In this document: positions 9,249 through 19,304 of the stretch, one piece after another
Layout: each line of letters starts with the position of its first letter
How positions within the stretch are numbered: the stretch's first letter is position 1
Assembly: GCA_963765495.1 (NCBI GenBank)
Contig: CAVXWP010000010.1
Coordinates: forward strand, 32,001-96,000
Origin: Blastocatellia bacterium
GTDB taxonomy: Bacteria > Acidobacteriota > Blastocatellia > UBA7656
Reading direction: 5' to 3'
DNA length: 64,000 nt
Made by a program: the position numbers and the translations under genes
The notes under the pieces: generated by a model
Seen by the model: only the letters and a program-made list of their open reading frames with translations
Told to the model about the DNA's origin: nothing
Databases searched by the model: none

Positions 9249-10643
9249 CTATCCTTCCAGAACCAGTAAGAACGGCTGTTGCAGGGCTTCGGCCACCCAT
9301 CTGAGGAAGCGGGCGGCGTTTGCTCCGTCTATCAAACGGTGATCGTAGGAGAGCGTCAGCGGCAAGATCAGTCGCGGCTGAAACTCTCCATTTATGTAGA
9401 CCGGCTGCATGCTTGCCCGCGAGATTCCCAAAATAGCCACCTCCGGCACATTCACTATCGGGGTGAAACCTGTGCCGCCTATGCCGCCAAGATTTGTGAT
9501 GGTGAATGTGGCTCCCTGCATCTCGTCCAGACTGAGTTTTTTGTTTCTTGCCTTCTGGGCCGCTTCGTTCAACTCGGCGGCCAGCTCAAGTATGTTCTTC
9601 TTGTCAACATCGCGGATCACAGGGACCAGAAGACCGCGCTCCGTGTCTACGGCCACGCCGATGTTGTAATACTTTTTGTAGATGATCTCTTCGTTTTCAA
9701 CATCAATGCTTGCGTTGAACTGAGGGAAAACTTTGAGGGCCGAGGCCGCTATTTTCAAGGCAATGGCCGTGACCGTGAGTTTTCCTCCCATTGATTCGGC
9801 CCGCTTGCCAAACTTTTCTCTCAATCGCTCAAGGTCTGTGATGTCGGCCTGATCGAATTGAGTGACACGGGGAGACGAGAGCCAGGAATTTCGCATGCTT
9901 TCTGCGGTCTTGCGACGAACGGCGCTCATCGGTTTGCGCTCTATCTCGCCCCACTGGCTGAAATCAGGCAGCGGTACCGAGACAAACGGCGAGGCTGAAA
10001 CTTTGGACGCGCTCGCGTTCACAATGATCGAGCGGGCATAATTCCTCACATCCTCTTCGGATATGCGGCTACCCGGCCCGGTCCCTTTCACTTCGTTGAT
10101 TTCGACTCCAAGTTCGCGGGCCATCCTTCGAATCGAAGGCGCGGCAGGCGCAAGCTCTTTCGCTTCCCCAGTCTGGAGAGCCGGGCGCGCCGCGCGAACA
10201 GGTTCGGCGGTTTCGGCTCGCTCAGAGGGGCGCGCCGCTCTCTCTTTCGTGTCAGGTTTCGCCTCCTGCTCAACCACTGCGGGTTCGGCCTCTGCTTCAA
10301 CTTCTTCGGCTGCTTCCTGCTCTTCGGAGGATTGATCCTGAGCCTCTGCGTATTTTTCCAGTTCCTCTTCGGGTCTGGTTTCTGCGGGCGTCTTCTGGCC
10401 GTTGGTTCCTGTTTCGACCGTCAGAATCACCTGTCCTACTTTGACCTTCTCTCCCTCCTTTACGTGAATCTCTCTTACGACACCGCTTGCGAATGCGGGG
10501 ACCTCCACGGTTGCCTTATCGGTCTCAAGCTCAAGAATGGGCTGATCCTTGTCAATCTGATCGCCCACCGCAACCAGTATCTTCGCCACATCGCCCGAAT
10601 CCACGTTTTCACCGAGCACGGGTAATTTGATTTCAGTTGCCAT
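9249..10643 (-). CDS. aceF: pyruvate dehydrogenase E2 dihydrolipoamide acetyltransferase
   Basis: single lipoyl domain ETDKA, E3-binding GTGPGSRI, catalytic DHRLIDG; lies between aceE and lpdA. Confidence 0.93.
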   Translation of the reverse strand: MATEIKLPVLGENVDSGDVAKILVAVGDQIDKDQPILELETDKATVEVPAFASGVVREIHVKEGEKVKVGQVILTVETGTNGQKTPAETRPEEELEKYAEAQDQSSEEQEAAEEVEAEAEPAVVEQEAKPDTKERAARPSERAETAEPVRAARPALQTGEAKELAPAAPSIRRMARELGVEINEVKGTGPGSRISEEDVRNYARSIIVNASASKVSASPFVSVPLPDFSQWGEIERKPMSAVRRKTAESMRNSWLSSPRVTQFDQADITDLERLREKFGKRAESMGGKLTVTAIALKIAASALKVFPQFNASIDVENEEIIYKKYYNIGVAVDTERGLLVPVIRDVDKKNILELAAELNEAAQKARNKKLSLDEMQGATFTITNLGGIGGTGFTPIVNVPEVAILGISRASMQPVYINGEFQPRLILPLTLSYDHRLIDGANAARFLRWVAEALQQPFLLVLEG

Positions 10644-10658
10644 AATTCAGACCTTCCT

Positions 10659-13343
10659 CTACGCCAGAAATGGGATTGCCTTTTCGGCATCTATATTCAT
10701 ATCTTTCATAGCCTTCTCTACTACGGCGGGCTTGATCTTCTTCTCGGCGGCCAGAGCCGAAAGCGTCGCAAGCGTTATAAACCGCGCATCGACTTCGAAG
10801 AAGTTGCGGAGCGCCGCGCGGCCCTCGCTTCTCCCAAATCCGTCTGTTCCCAGAGAGATGAGGCGTCCGGGAACCCATTGAGAGATCGAATCGGGCAACG
10901 CCTTTACATAATCCGTAGCCGCTACAAATACGCCCGGCGCATCGGCCAGACACTCTATAACATAGGGCACGCGCGCTTTTTCGCCCGGGTGCATCCTGTT
11001 CCAGTGCTCCACTTCGTGCCCGTCGCGATAGAGTTCCTTATAGCTGGTCACGCTCCAGACATCGGCGGCGACATTGTACTGCTCGGCCAGCATGGTCTGC
11101 GCCTTCAAGGCTTCGTTCAAGATAGCGCCGCTTCCGAAAAGCTGCGCGCGGAGTTTGGCGTCCGTGTTTTCGGTGGCCCTGAACCTGTACATCCCCTTGA
11201 GTATCCCGTCGCGCACTCCATCGCCTTCGGGCATATGCGGGTGGTCGTAGTTCTCGTTCATCACCGTCAGGTAATAGAATACGTCTTCCTGATGTTCGTA
11301 CATTCGGCGGATACCGTCGCGGATGATGACCGCAAGTTCGTAGGCAAAGGCCGGATCGTATGTGATGAGGTTGGGCACAGGATAGGCCAGAAGATGACTG
11401 TTGCCGTCCTGATGTTGCAGCCCTTCCCCGGCAAGCGTAGTGCGTCCGGCGGTCCCGCCCAGCAGGAATCCTCGGCAACGCATATCGCCCGCCGCCCAGA
11501 CCAGATCGCCTATGCGCTGAAGGCCGAACATCGAATAGAAGATGTAAAACGGTATGGTGTTTATGCCGTGCGTGGCATAGGCCGTACCGGCTGCGATGAA
11601 ATCGGCCATCGAACCTGCTTCCGTGATGCCTTCTTCCAGGATTTGCCCGTCTTTCGCCTCTTTGTAATAGAGCAGCGTGGCCGCATCGACCGGCTCGTAT
11701 AACTGGCCTACGTGCGAGTAAATGCCTACCTGTCGAAAGAGCGGCTCCATACCAAAAGTGCGCGCTTCGTCCGGCACTATGGGTACGATCAACTTTCCGA
11801 ATTTTTCATCGCGCAACAGCTTCGCAAGTATCCGCACAAAGACCATAGTGGTGGAAGCCTCGCGCCCTTCGGTTCCGCTATAGAATTCCTCGAAGAGTTC
11901 TTCGCCCGGGGCCTTTATCGATTCGACCGCCACCACGCGAGACGGTACATAGCCGCCCAGTTTCTGTCGCTGCTCGCGCATGTACTGAATCTCCTGACTG
12001 TCTTCCGAGGGACGATAAAAGGGAGCCTCGGCGATCTCTTCATCAGAGATTGGGATGCCGAACCGGGCGCGGAACCGCCGCAACTCATCCTCATTCAGCT
12101 TTTTCTGCTGGTGAGTGATGTTCTTTCCTTCGCCGCTTTCGCCAAGCCCGTACCCCTTGATTGTCCTCGCAAGTATGACCGTAGGCGATCCCTTGTGCTC
12201 GACGGCAGCCTTGTATGCCGCGTAGACCTTTTGAGGGTCGTGCCCACCGAGCCTCAATTTCTGAAGTTGATCGTCCGACAGGTGCTTTACCATGTCGAGT
12301 AATCGCGGGTCCGCGCCAAAGAAATGTTCGCGGATGTAAGAACCGGGTTCGGTGGTGTATTTCTGCCACTGACCGTCTACGGTCTCACCCATTCGCTTGA
12401 CGAGAATTCCGTCGTGATCGCTGGCAAGCAACGGGTCCCAGTCGCTCCCCCAGATGACTTTTATCACGTTCCAGCCCGCGCCCCTGAACGCGGCTTCAAG
12501 CTCCTGAATGATGTTGCCGTTGCCGCGAACCGGGCCGTCGAGCCTTTGCAGATTACAGTTGACCACGAAGATCAGGTTGTCGATTTTTTCGCGCGCCGCA
12601 AGCGTTATAGCGCCCAGCGTCTCGGGCTCGTCGGTCTCTCCGTCGCCGAGAAAGGCCCATACCTTTGCGTTTGTGTGTTTCTTCAGTCCGCGATCTTCCA
12701 GATAACGGTTAAAGCGCGCCTGATAGATCGCCATGATCGGTCCAAGTCCCATAGAGACTGTAGGAAACTCCCAGAAATCAGGCATAAGCCACGGGTGCGG
12801 ATAAGAAGAAAGCCCGCCTCCCTCCCTTGATTCCCGGCGAAAGTTTTGCAGATGCTCTATCGAGAGTCGGCCTTCGAGAAAGGCTCGGGAGTAGATGCCG
12901 GGCGAGGCGTGCCCCTGAAAATAGATTATGTCGCCTTCGTGATCGGCTCCCTTGCCGTGAAAGAAATGGTTGAATCCGACCTCGTAGAGATTCGCCGCCG
13001 AGGCATAGGTAGAGATGTGCCCGCCGATGCCGCTCTCTTCGCGGTTGGCGCGCACCACCATAGACATGGCGTTCCATCGAACGAGGCTCTTGATGCGGCG
13101 CTCTATCTCGCGGCTTCCCGGAAAGACGGGCTGTTTTTCTAAGGGGATAGTGTTGATATAAGGCGTGTTGGCTGTAAAGGGGATTTTTATTCCGGCCTTC
13201 TGGGCGTGAATCTGAAGGCGTGTGAGGAGGTTTCTCACCCTTTCCGCCCCGCCGTTCTGTATCACGTAATCAAGCGAATCGAGCCATTCCTTGATCTCCA
13301 CTTCCTCCGTTGTGGTTGCTTCTTTCTTAACCGTCGTAGTCAT
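10659..13343 (-). CDS. aceE: pyruvate dehydrogenase E1, homodimeric type
   Basis: GGHISTY, SSYPHP, GDGETDEPE, NLQRLDGPV, EGLQHQD. Confidence 0.97.
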   Translation of the reverse strand: MTTTVKKEATTTEEVEIKEWLDSLDYVIQNGGAERVRNLLTRLQIHAQKAGIKIPFTANTPYINTIPLEKQPVFPGSREIERRIKSLVRWNAMSMVVRANREESGIGGHISTYASAANLYEVGFNHFFHGKGADHEGDIIYFQGHASPGIYSRAFLEGRLSIEHLQNFRRESREGGGLSSYPHPWLMPDFWEFPTVSMGLGPIMAIYQARFNRYLEDRGLKKHTNAKVWAFLGDGETDEPETLGAITLAAREKIDNLIFVVNCNLQRLDGPVRGNGNIIQELEAAFRGAGWNVIKVIWGSDWDPLLASDHDGILVKRMGETVDGQWQKYTTEPGSYIREHFFGADPRLLDMVKHLSDDQLQKLRLGGHDPQKVYAAYKAAVEHKGSPTVILARTIKGYGLGESGEGKNITHQQKKLNEDELRRFRARFGIPISDEEIAEAPFYRPSEDSQEIQYMREQRQKLGGYVPSRVVAVESIKAPGEELFEEFYSGTEGREASTTMVFVRILAKLLRDEKFGKLIVPIVPDEARTFGMEPLFRQVGIYSHVGQLYEPVDAATLLYYKEAKDGQILEEGITEAGSMADFIAAGTAYATHGINTIPFYIFYSMFGLQRIGDLVWAAGDMRCRGFLLGGTAGRTTLAGEGLQHQDGNSHLLAYPVPNLITYDPAFAYELAVIIRDGIRRMYEHQEDVFYYLTVMNENYDHPHMPEGDGVRDGILKGMYRFRATENTDAKLRAQLFGSGAILNEALKAQTMLAEQYNVAADVWSVTSYKELYRDGHEVEHWNRMHPGEKARVPYVIECLADAPGVFVAATDYVKALPDSISQWVPGRLISLGTDGFGRSEGRAALRNFFEVDARFITLATLSALAAEKKIKPAVVEKAMKDMNIDAEKAIPFLA

Positions 13344-13524
13344 ACCTTAAAGGTCCCTTTCTCAAATACCTGTTCAAATCGCAAATGAGTATTCTATTGC
13401 GCCAGGGAGTGATTGCTCAAGCTGAGGATTAAATAGCAAGACAGGAAGCATTAAATTCTATAGTAACCGTCTGTTTGAATGTGGGCAATTCGTAAAGGCA
13501 AGATCAAATAAAGGCGGATGGGAA

Positions 13525-13567
13525 CAGGCCTATTCAGTTTTCCAAAATGTAGAATCGGTTTAACCTG
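13525..13567. mobile_element. truncated end of the CAGGG MITE family
   Basis: CAGGCCTATTCAGTTTTCCAAAATGTAGAA matches 25904-25933 at 28/30 positions. Confidence 0.7.
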
Positions 13568-13597
13568 TATTCCCAAGAATGCATCAAGCGATACTTT

Positions 13598-14365
13598 CTA
13601 ATCAAACACGGCCAGGACGGGCACGTGGTCGGAAGGGCGTTCCCACCCGCGAGTCTCTTTTTCTATTCTTACGGATTCGAGCCGCGAGGCAAGCGGGTCA
13701 GAAACCCAGATATGATCTATGCGAAGCCCCGCATTGCGACGAAACGCCCCGGCGCGATAATCCCACCACGAGTAAAAGCCGCCTTCTTCCGTGCGCAATC
13801 TAAAGGCATCTGAAAATCCCCAATCCCTTATATTCTCGAGCGCGGCACGTTCAGGCTCGCTGAAAAGGACCTGCCCCCGCCACTTCTCCGGGTCGTGCAC
13901 ATCGCGGTCTTCGGGCGCGACGTTGAAATCGCCACACAACAAAACCTGCTCGCTCTTGTCGTGATGGGAATCAAGAAATGAGCGTAGCCGCCGCATCCAG
14001 TCGAGTTTGAAACTGTATTTATCGGTTCCCACCGCGCTGCCGTTTGGGATGTAAACATTGATTATGCGGATGCCCTCTATCGTGACGGCAAGCAACCGCG
14101 CCTGCGCCCCCGGCTCATCATCGAGAAACCCGCGCTGCGGCTGCTCGATTGCGGTGCGCGAAAGCGTGGCCACGCCGTTGTAGGTCGGCTGCCCGAAGGT
14201 TTCCGACGTGTAGCCAAGCTCCGTAAATGCCTCGCGCGGGAAACGTTCATCTACCGTCTTGGTCTCCTGCAAACAGAGCACATCCGGGCGGGCCGATTCC
14301 AGCCATCTGAGTACGAGAGGCAATCGCGCCGCCACTGAATTCACATTCCATGTAGCTATTTTCAT
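13598..14365 (-). CDS. xth: exodeoxyribonuclease III
   Basis: MKIATWNVNS, LQETK, GDFNVA, SWWDYR, GLRIDH, SDHVP. Confidence 0.95.
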   Translation of the reverse strand: MKIATWNVNSVAARLPLVLRWLESARPDVLCLQETKTVDERFPREAFTELGYTSETFGQPTYNGVATLSRTAIEQPQRGFLDDEPGAQARLLAVTIEGIRIINVYIPNGSAVGTDKYSFKLDWMRRLRSFLDSHHDKSEQVLLCGDFNVAPEDRDVHDPEKWRGQVLFSEPERAALENIRDWGFSDAFRLRTEEGGFYSWWDYRAGAFRRNAGLRIDHIWVSDPLASRLESVRIEKETRGWERPSDHVPVLAVFD

Positions 14366-14399
14366 AATCATCCACTTAGCGAACAATTTTTGTGTCGAC

Positions 14400-15560
14400 T
14401 TACTTTGCGGGAACGAGTCGCAGTATGCGGTCATCATCGTTTGTGGGCGATCCTCGCCCGTCCCGGTTTGATGTAGAGAAATAGATAAAGCCATCCGGCC
14501 CCTGAGCGATTTCGCGTATGCGACCGTACTGGCCTTCGAGCATACGTTCCTGACTCACTACGCGGCTGCCGTCAAGAACTACGCGGATGATGGCGGTGCC
14601 GCGCAGACAACCGAAAAAGAAGTTGCCTCGAAACTCCGCAAAGGCCGGGGCGCTATAAAACATGCCGCTCGCGGGCGCTACTGCCGGAGTGTATTCCAGC
14701 AGCGGAGATTTCAACCCCGCCCGTTCCTGCCGGTGGTGAATGATCGGCCAGCCGTAATTGGCTCCCTTCTCAACTATATTCATCTCATCGCCGCCGCCGG
14801 GACCGTCAAAACCCGAGGGTCCGTGCTCGGTTTCAAACAGCGTGCCTGTGCCCGGCTGCCAGTCTATCCCCTGCGGATTGCGATGGCCGTAACTCCATAT
14901 CTCTGGCCTCGCGTCCGATCTTCCGGCGAAAGGATTGTCCGGCGGCACCGAGCCGTCGTCGTTTAAGCGGAGTATCTTTCCCGCAAGCGAATCAAGCCTC
15001 TGAGCCTGTTCGCGCTCCGTAGCGTCGCCCGTCGTGATATAAAGCTTTCCGTCGGGGCCAAACCTCAGACGACAGCCCGCGTGAAAACGCGCCGCAGGGA
15101 TTCCCTCGATTATCACTTTTGGCTCGGCGAGCGCCGATCCCGTTTCACGATACCGCACCACGCGCACAAACATGTCGCCGTTTTTGTAAGCATAAGAGAG
15201 ATAGAGCAGATGATTATCGGCAAACTTCGGGTGCAGGGCGAGCCCCATCAATCCGCTCTCGCCCGTATCCTCGGTTTCTGAAATAGCGGCGAGCGGCTCA
15301 CCTCGCAGCCGTCCGTTTTCAACTACCCTGACCCGGCCCGGACGTTCCGTGAAAAACATCCTTCCATCCGGGGTAAAAACGATTGACCAGGGAACCTGGA
15401 GATTGGAGACGACCGTCTCGACCTTGAATTTTGTGTCGCCGCTCGGCGTGGCGAGCATCTCTCCTGCGCCCTTCCCCGGTGGAGGACTGCCGCACGCGGT
15501 CGCGAAAAACAGGGCTGCGAAAAGAAATGTTATTAAGTTCATATGCTTCCTGATCCTCAT
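14400..15560 (-). CDS. PQQ-dependent sugar dehydrogenase (Asd/YliI-like) lipoprotein
   Basis: lipobox FATAC; FGPDGKLY, YGHRNPQG, NYGWP, GRIRE. Confidence 0.9.
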   Translation of the reverse strand: MRIRKHMNLITFLFAALFFATACGSPPPGKGAGEMLATPSGDTKFKVETVVSNLQVPWSIVFTPDGRMFFTERPGRVRVVENGRLRGEPLAAISETEDTGESGLMGLALHPKFADNHLLYLSYAYKNGDMFVRVVRYRETGSALAEPKVIIEGIPAARFHAGCRLRFGPDGKLYITTGDATEREQAQRLDSLAGKILRLNDDGSVPPDNPFAGRSDARPEIWSYGHRNPQGIDWQPGTGTLFETEHGPSGFDGPGGGDEMNIVEKGANYGWPIIHHRQERAGLKSPLLEYTPAVAPASGMFYSAPAFAEFRGNFFFGCLRGTAIIRVVLDGSRVVSQERMLEGQYGRIREIAQGPDGFIYFSTSNRDGRGSPTNDDDRILRLVPAK

Positions 15561-15958
15561 CTGATTTCGCCTTTCCTTTCTTGATTCACAGGCAGGAGGC
15601 GTTCAAATGCTCGCTGCTCGGGAGCAATTCCACGACGATAAATAAAACAATGAGCAATTCTTGCTCAGGATTATGATAGGTGAAACATCCTCTTTTGGCC
15701 ATTCACGAGGAAAGCCGGGCAGACCCGAGTTTGCACCCGGCAATCATCTGAACGCTAATCAGACATGCCTGCACTGTAAGGGGACACAAATGCAAATTGC
15801 AAAGGATGACTTTGTCCGGCTTCGGTCGGCCTGAAAGCAAAAGCGAGGGTAGGCATATGCAAAACAAGCACAATTTTTGCCGGGATTTTGGGGCTTTTTT
15901 CATCTTCCTCGTGGATATACCTCTATGAGAACCCGGAGCCGAAGGATGAAATGAGGGC

Positions 15959-15974
15959 TGGCATCTGTTTTGCA
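15959..15974 (+). promoter_or_regulatory. sigma-54 -24/-12 promoter
   Basis: TGGCATCTGTTTTGCA (GG-N10-GC) about 80 bp upstream of the 16057 ATG. Confidence 0.7.
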
Positions 15975-16056
15975 ATTAATAAAACCGGGTTGGCGTGAGT
16001 GCCCAATTATTTGAGCAAACGGTAACAAAAAAAATCAAGATAGCAGGAGCGTAACT

Positions 16057-16416
16057 ATGGAACAGACTAAAGACCATTACAGCACTGGCGGCGGGGCGGC
16101 GGCTGTCGGGGCGCGGACCGAATCGGAAGGTTCGACGTTAAACAATATCAAGACAACGGTAGCCGAAAAACTCAAGACCGCGGCCAGCGCCCTTGATGAA
16201 AAAATCAGCGAGACGGGCGGGCGTGACAGTACGATTTCTACTTACGGTCGTCAGGCGGCGGTTTTGCTTGATCAGTCTGCGGATTACGTCCGCGATCTGG
16301 ATTTGAGTGGGATTGACAAGAAAATACGCAACGAAGTGCGCCAGAACCCAGGCCGCGCCCTGCTGATAGCCGGGGTCGCGGGATTGTTCATAGGCGCGCT
16401 GCTCAGACGGAGGTAA
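16057..16416 (+). CDS. YqjD/ElaB (DUF883)-like tail-anchored membrane protein
   Basis: C-terminal VRQNPGRALLIAGVAGLFIGALLRRR; AGGAG RBS. Confidence 0.8.
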   Translation: MEQTKDHYSTGGGAAAVGARTESEGSTLNNIKTTVAEKLKTAASALDEKISETGGRDSTISTYGRQAAVLLDQSADYVRDLDLSGIDKKIRNEVRQNPGRALLIAGVAGLFIGALLRRR

Positions 16417-16422
16417 CAGGAT

Positions 16423-16842
16423 ATGGAAGCGCGCAGAGAGTTTATAAGACGAAACGAGGCAATGATGGAGCGCGAATCCTTTGGCGAATTGCTGGGCCAG
16501 CTGGCAAATAATTCCGCTGCGCTGGTCCGCGACGAGATCGAACTGGCCAAGCAGGAGATGGGCGAAAAGGTGAGCATGTTTCGCTCCGGGGCCGTTGTCA
16601 TAGCTGCGGGCGCAATCATCGGACTGATAGGCGTGATGGCCCTTGTCGCCTCGGCAATTATCGGATTGGCAAATTACATGGCACCGGGATACGCGGCGCT
16701 TATAGTCGGAGGGATACTGGCGCTCGCCGGAGGCATAACCGCTTTCGCAGGCATCGGGCAGATCAGGCGAACAAACTTCAAACCAGAACAGACAATCGAG
16801 ACATTGGAGGAGGATAAGGTATGGCTGAAGGAACTGACGTAG
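16423..16842 (+). CDS. YqjE/holin-X-like two-TM membrane protein
   Basis: LVRDEIELAKQEM, two hydrophobic helices, PEQTIETLEED. Confidence 0.85.
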   Translation: MEARREFIRRNEAMMERESFGELLGQLANNSAALVRDEIELAKQEMGEKVSMFRSGAVVIAAGAIIGLIGVMALVASAIIGLANYMAPGYAALIVGGILALAGGITAFAGIGQIRRTNFKPEQTIETLEEDKVWLKELT

Positions 16843-17300
16843 CGGCTCGGCAGCGCGCTGTGGTCGACATATCGGAGCGAAGCGCGGCGGAAATTCGTCA
16901 CGACATTGCCGCCAAACGCGAATCCATCTCTGAGACGGTGGATAAGCTCGGCGAGCGTATCCATGAATCGCTCGACTGGCGGGAGTATGTGGCCGAATAT
17001 CCTTACGTAGCTCTTGGCATAACGGCCGGACTGGGCTTGCTCGCGTCAGGCATCTTCAAGCCGCACCCGTCCCCGCGTGACCGCATAATGGATGCGATAG
17101 CGGAAACGGTAGAAGATTTTACGGATCGCGCGCATTCGACCATCGAAGAGGTAGTTGATCGCAAGAAGACAGGTCCAGTGCGGATAGCAAGGACCGCTGT
17201 TGGAACTATCATTGGCAAGGCCGTGACCGATTTTGCAAAAGGGAAGATTCAGGAGGCGCTTGAGCAGCGCAACAGAAGGTCTCGCAGCAGGAACGCATAA
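16821..17300 (+). CDS. DUF3618-like protein
   Basis: EIRHDIAAKRESISETVDKL followed by a hydrophobic helix; typical position after a holin-X gene. Confidence 0.75.
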   Translation: MAEGTDVAARQRAVVDISERSAAEIRHDIAAKRESISETVDKLGERIHESLDWREYVAEYPYVALGITAGLGLLASGIFKPHPSPRDRIMDAIAETVEDFTDRAHSTIEEVVDRKKTGPVRIARTAVGTIIGKAVTDFAKGKIQEALEQRNRRSRSRNA

Positions 17301-17384
17301 AAATGCATCAACGCGTCCGCTGCCCGGGAAATAGATTTTGATCCGAAGATTCAGGTACGAACTAATTTCATAAGGAGGGAAGGT

Positions 17385-17816
17385 ATGGAATCGAACAAGA
17401 CCACTACAACAGACACAAACAAGACGGCTGAACGCACCGCATCTGCGGTGACTACAACGGGCGGACAGAATAATCCGACGGCAAGCGCGCCGCAACGCGC
17501 GCGCGAGGTGGAGTCCGATGTGAAAAGCTTTACAGAGGAAGCCCGTAAACAGGGAGAACAGGCCTATCAACAGACCAAACAGGTTGTCAGCAATGCTTAT
17601 GAGAAGACATCCGAAGCATTGAACGATACTTACAATCAGGCAATGAGCTATGGCCGCGACAATCCCGGCACGGTAACGCTGATCGCATTCGGCGCTGGAG
17701 TAGGAATTGGGCTGCTCCTGGCCGGCGCATTTACAGACAGGCGAAGCCGGTACAATCGACTGGCGGAGCCGGTAGTAAACACGCTTGCGGAAATAGCCAA
17801 AGAATACTTTCGCTAA
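17385..17816 (+). CDS. second YqjD/DUF883-like membrane protein
   Basis: YGRDNPGTVTLIAFGAGVGIGLLL; strong AAGGAGG RBS. Confidence 0.7.
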   Translation: MESNKTTTTDTNKTAERTASAVTTTGGQNNPTASAPQRAREVESDVKSFTEEARKQGEQAYQQTKQVVSNAYEKTSEALNDTYNQAMSYGRDNPGTVTLIAFGAGVGIGLLLAGAFTDRRSRYNRLAEPVVNTLAEIAKEYFR

Positions 17817-17922
17817 ACCGTAAGCAGCTTTTCAACACGAGGCAATACAGAACCAGGATTTCGGGTGTCTGGTCTTTGATCGGGCATCCGGTGGATTCAC
17901 AGATTCTCCTAAATATTACCGA

Positions 17923-17954
17923 AGGCGCGGGCCAGAGGCTCGCGCCTATTTTTT
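17923..17954 (+). terminator. intrinsic terminator
   Basis: AGGCGCGGGCC-AGA-GGCTCGCGCCT followed by ATTTTTT. Confidence 0.75.
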
Positions 17955-18005
17955 GTCCTCATGCGCCGGAAATCACTAAAGAAGTGTTAGACTGTAAGGC
18001 AAGCT

Positions 18006-18422
18006 ATGAATAGACCCGAACCACCAGAACAGATCAAAGCGATGGACACGGCGGAAGGACACCAGCGATTTCTGCGGGCGCAGTGGAAGAAATTTGCCGC
18101 TTATGCCTGGCACAAGCATCTCTCGGAGGGGCGCGGCGCGGTTGTAATCGATCTGAGAAACGCCAGGCGCGAAGGCGCAGGGTTTAACGTGCCCTCGCAG
18201 TATGTGGCGGAAGAGAGCCGGCAACTCGCAAAGCAGGGCGGCTGGCCCGATACGGATGTCGCTCAGGTGATCGAAGAGTATGACCCCACGCAGGACGTAG
18301 TCTTTATCTTTCTCAGAACCAATGGAGAGATATCTTACTATCAGGCCTCTGACGACCCCACACCACCCGAAGCCTTCGAGATTCAAATGAGCGGCTCAAA
18401 GCTGGAACCTTCCAAAGACTGA
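18006..18422 (+). CDS. hypothetical protein
   Basis: 138-aa ORF with protein-like composition (AWHKHLSEGRGAVV..YDPTQD..TPPEA). Confidence 0.7.
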   Translation: MNRPEPPEQIKAMDTAEGHQRFLRAQWKKFAAYAWHKHLSEGRGAVVIDLRNARREGAGFNVPSQYVAEESRQLAKQGGWPDTDVAQVIEEYDPTQDVVFIFLRTNGEISYYQASDDPTPPEAFEIQMSGSKLEPSKD

Positions 18423-18440
18423 ACTACTTATTTCTCTCCC

Positions 18441-18662
18441 CAGGGCCATTCAGTTCTTGAGTTGAGGGCAATAGGCGGAAAAAATATTAAAAGTTGAGTT
18501 GACGCAAAGGCAAGTTGAAATAGGCCGCGGATAACGCGGATCGAGCGGATCTACGCGGATTAGCTCATAAAGAGTCAGATCCGCGAAAATCCGTCGCATC
18601 CGCGTACGTCCCGGCCTATTTCCCTTATCTCTTTCTACATGTTGGAAAACTGAATGACCCTG
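18441..18662. mobile_element. non-autonomous MITE with ISAs1-like ends, carrying a nested hairpin
   Basis: TIRs CAGGGCCATTCAGTT / AACTGAATGACCCTG; 10-bp direct repeat TTTCTCTCCC at 18431-18440 and 18663-18672. Confidence 0.9.
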
Positions 18663-19304
18663 TTTCTCTCCCTGATGAGTATGTACATAACAACAAATAT
18701 TATTGCTCTTTTCCCAACCGGCTGTTATAAACAGACTAGTGTTTGTGTTCAGGGCGAGAAGTAATCACATTAAGCAATATGGGTTATGTTTGAAAACTAT
18801 TAGGTTATTAGCCTGTCACTCCTTGATTTGAATAACGGTTATAGACCCGTGCTCATTTAATGAGCAGTCTCTTAAGCAAATTGTAGCAGTGGAAAATAAA
18901 GGTTGTATTGCAAAGACAGATCCCCCACCTGTCTTCATAGACGATTCAGGCTCAACATCCTCGTATGCACAGGTTGCTGACTCTGAATACATTCGATAAG
19001 TGACTCTTCCACAGGGTCGGATTAGTTTTAGAATTTATGCAGTTGAAACAAGACTAAGCTAAAAGCAAAAACGCAGCGCAATGGGCTATCACTGTAAGTT
19101 GCTGATTCTTCGTTCAATTGCCTAACTCTAAAAATTATTATCGATGCTCAGAATATTTCTTGAAAGATAAATCACGCACGTCATTGAATTTATTTGGCAT
19201 ACTGAAATCAAATTGAAATAATAGGAACCTATTAGCAGGCCAAACTGAGATGAGGATTTTTTCAGCATTTTACGCCCAGGAGATTATGGTAGTCCCGGCA
19301 CTCT

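Noticed and set aside
16423-16842. Holin-like gene as prophage evidence
   Set aside because: No phage genes nearby; the context is the cellular YqjD/YqjE-type cluster
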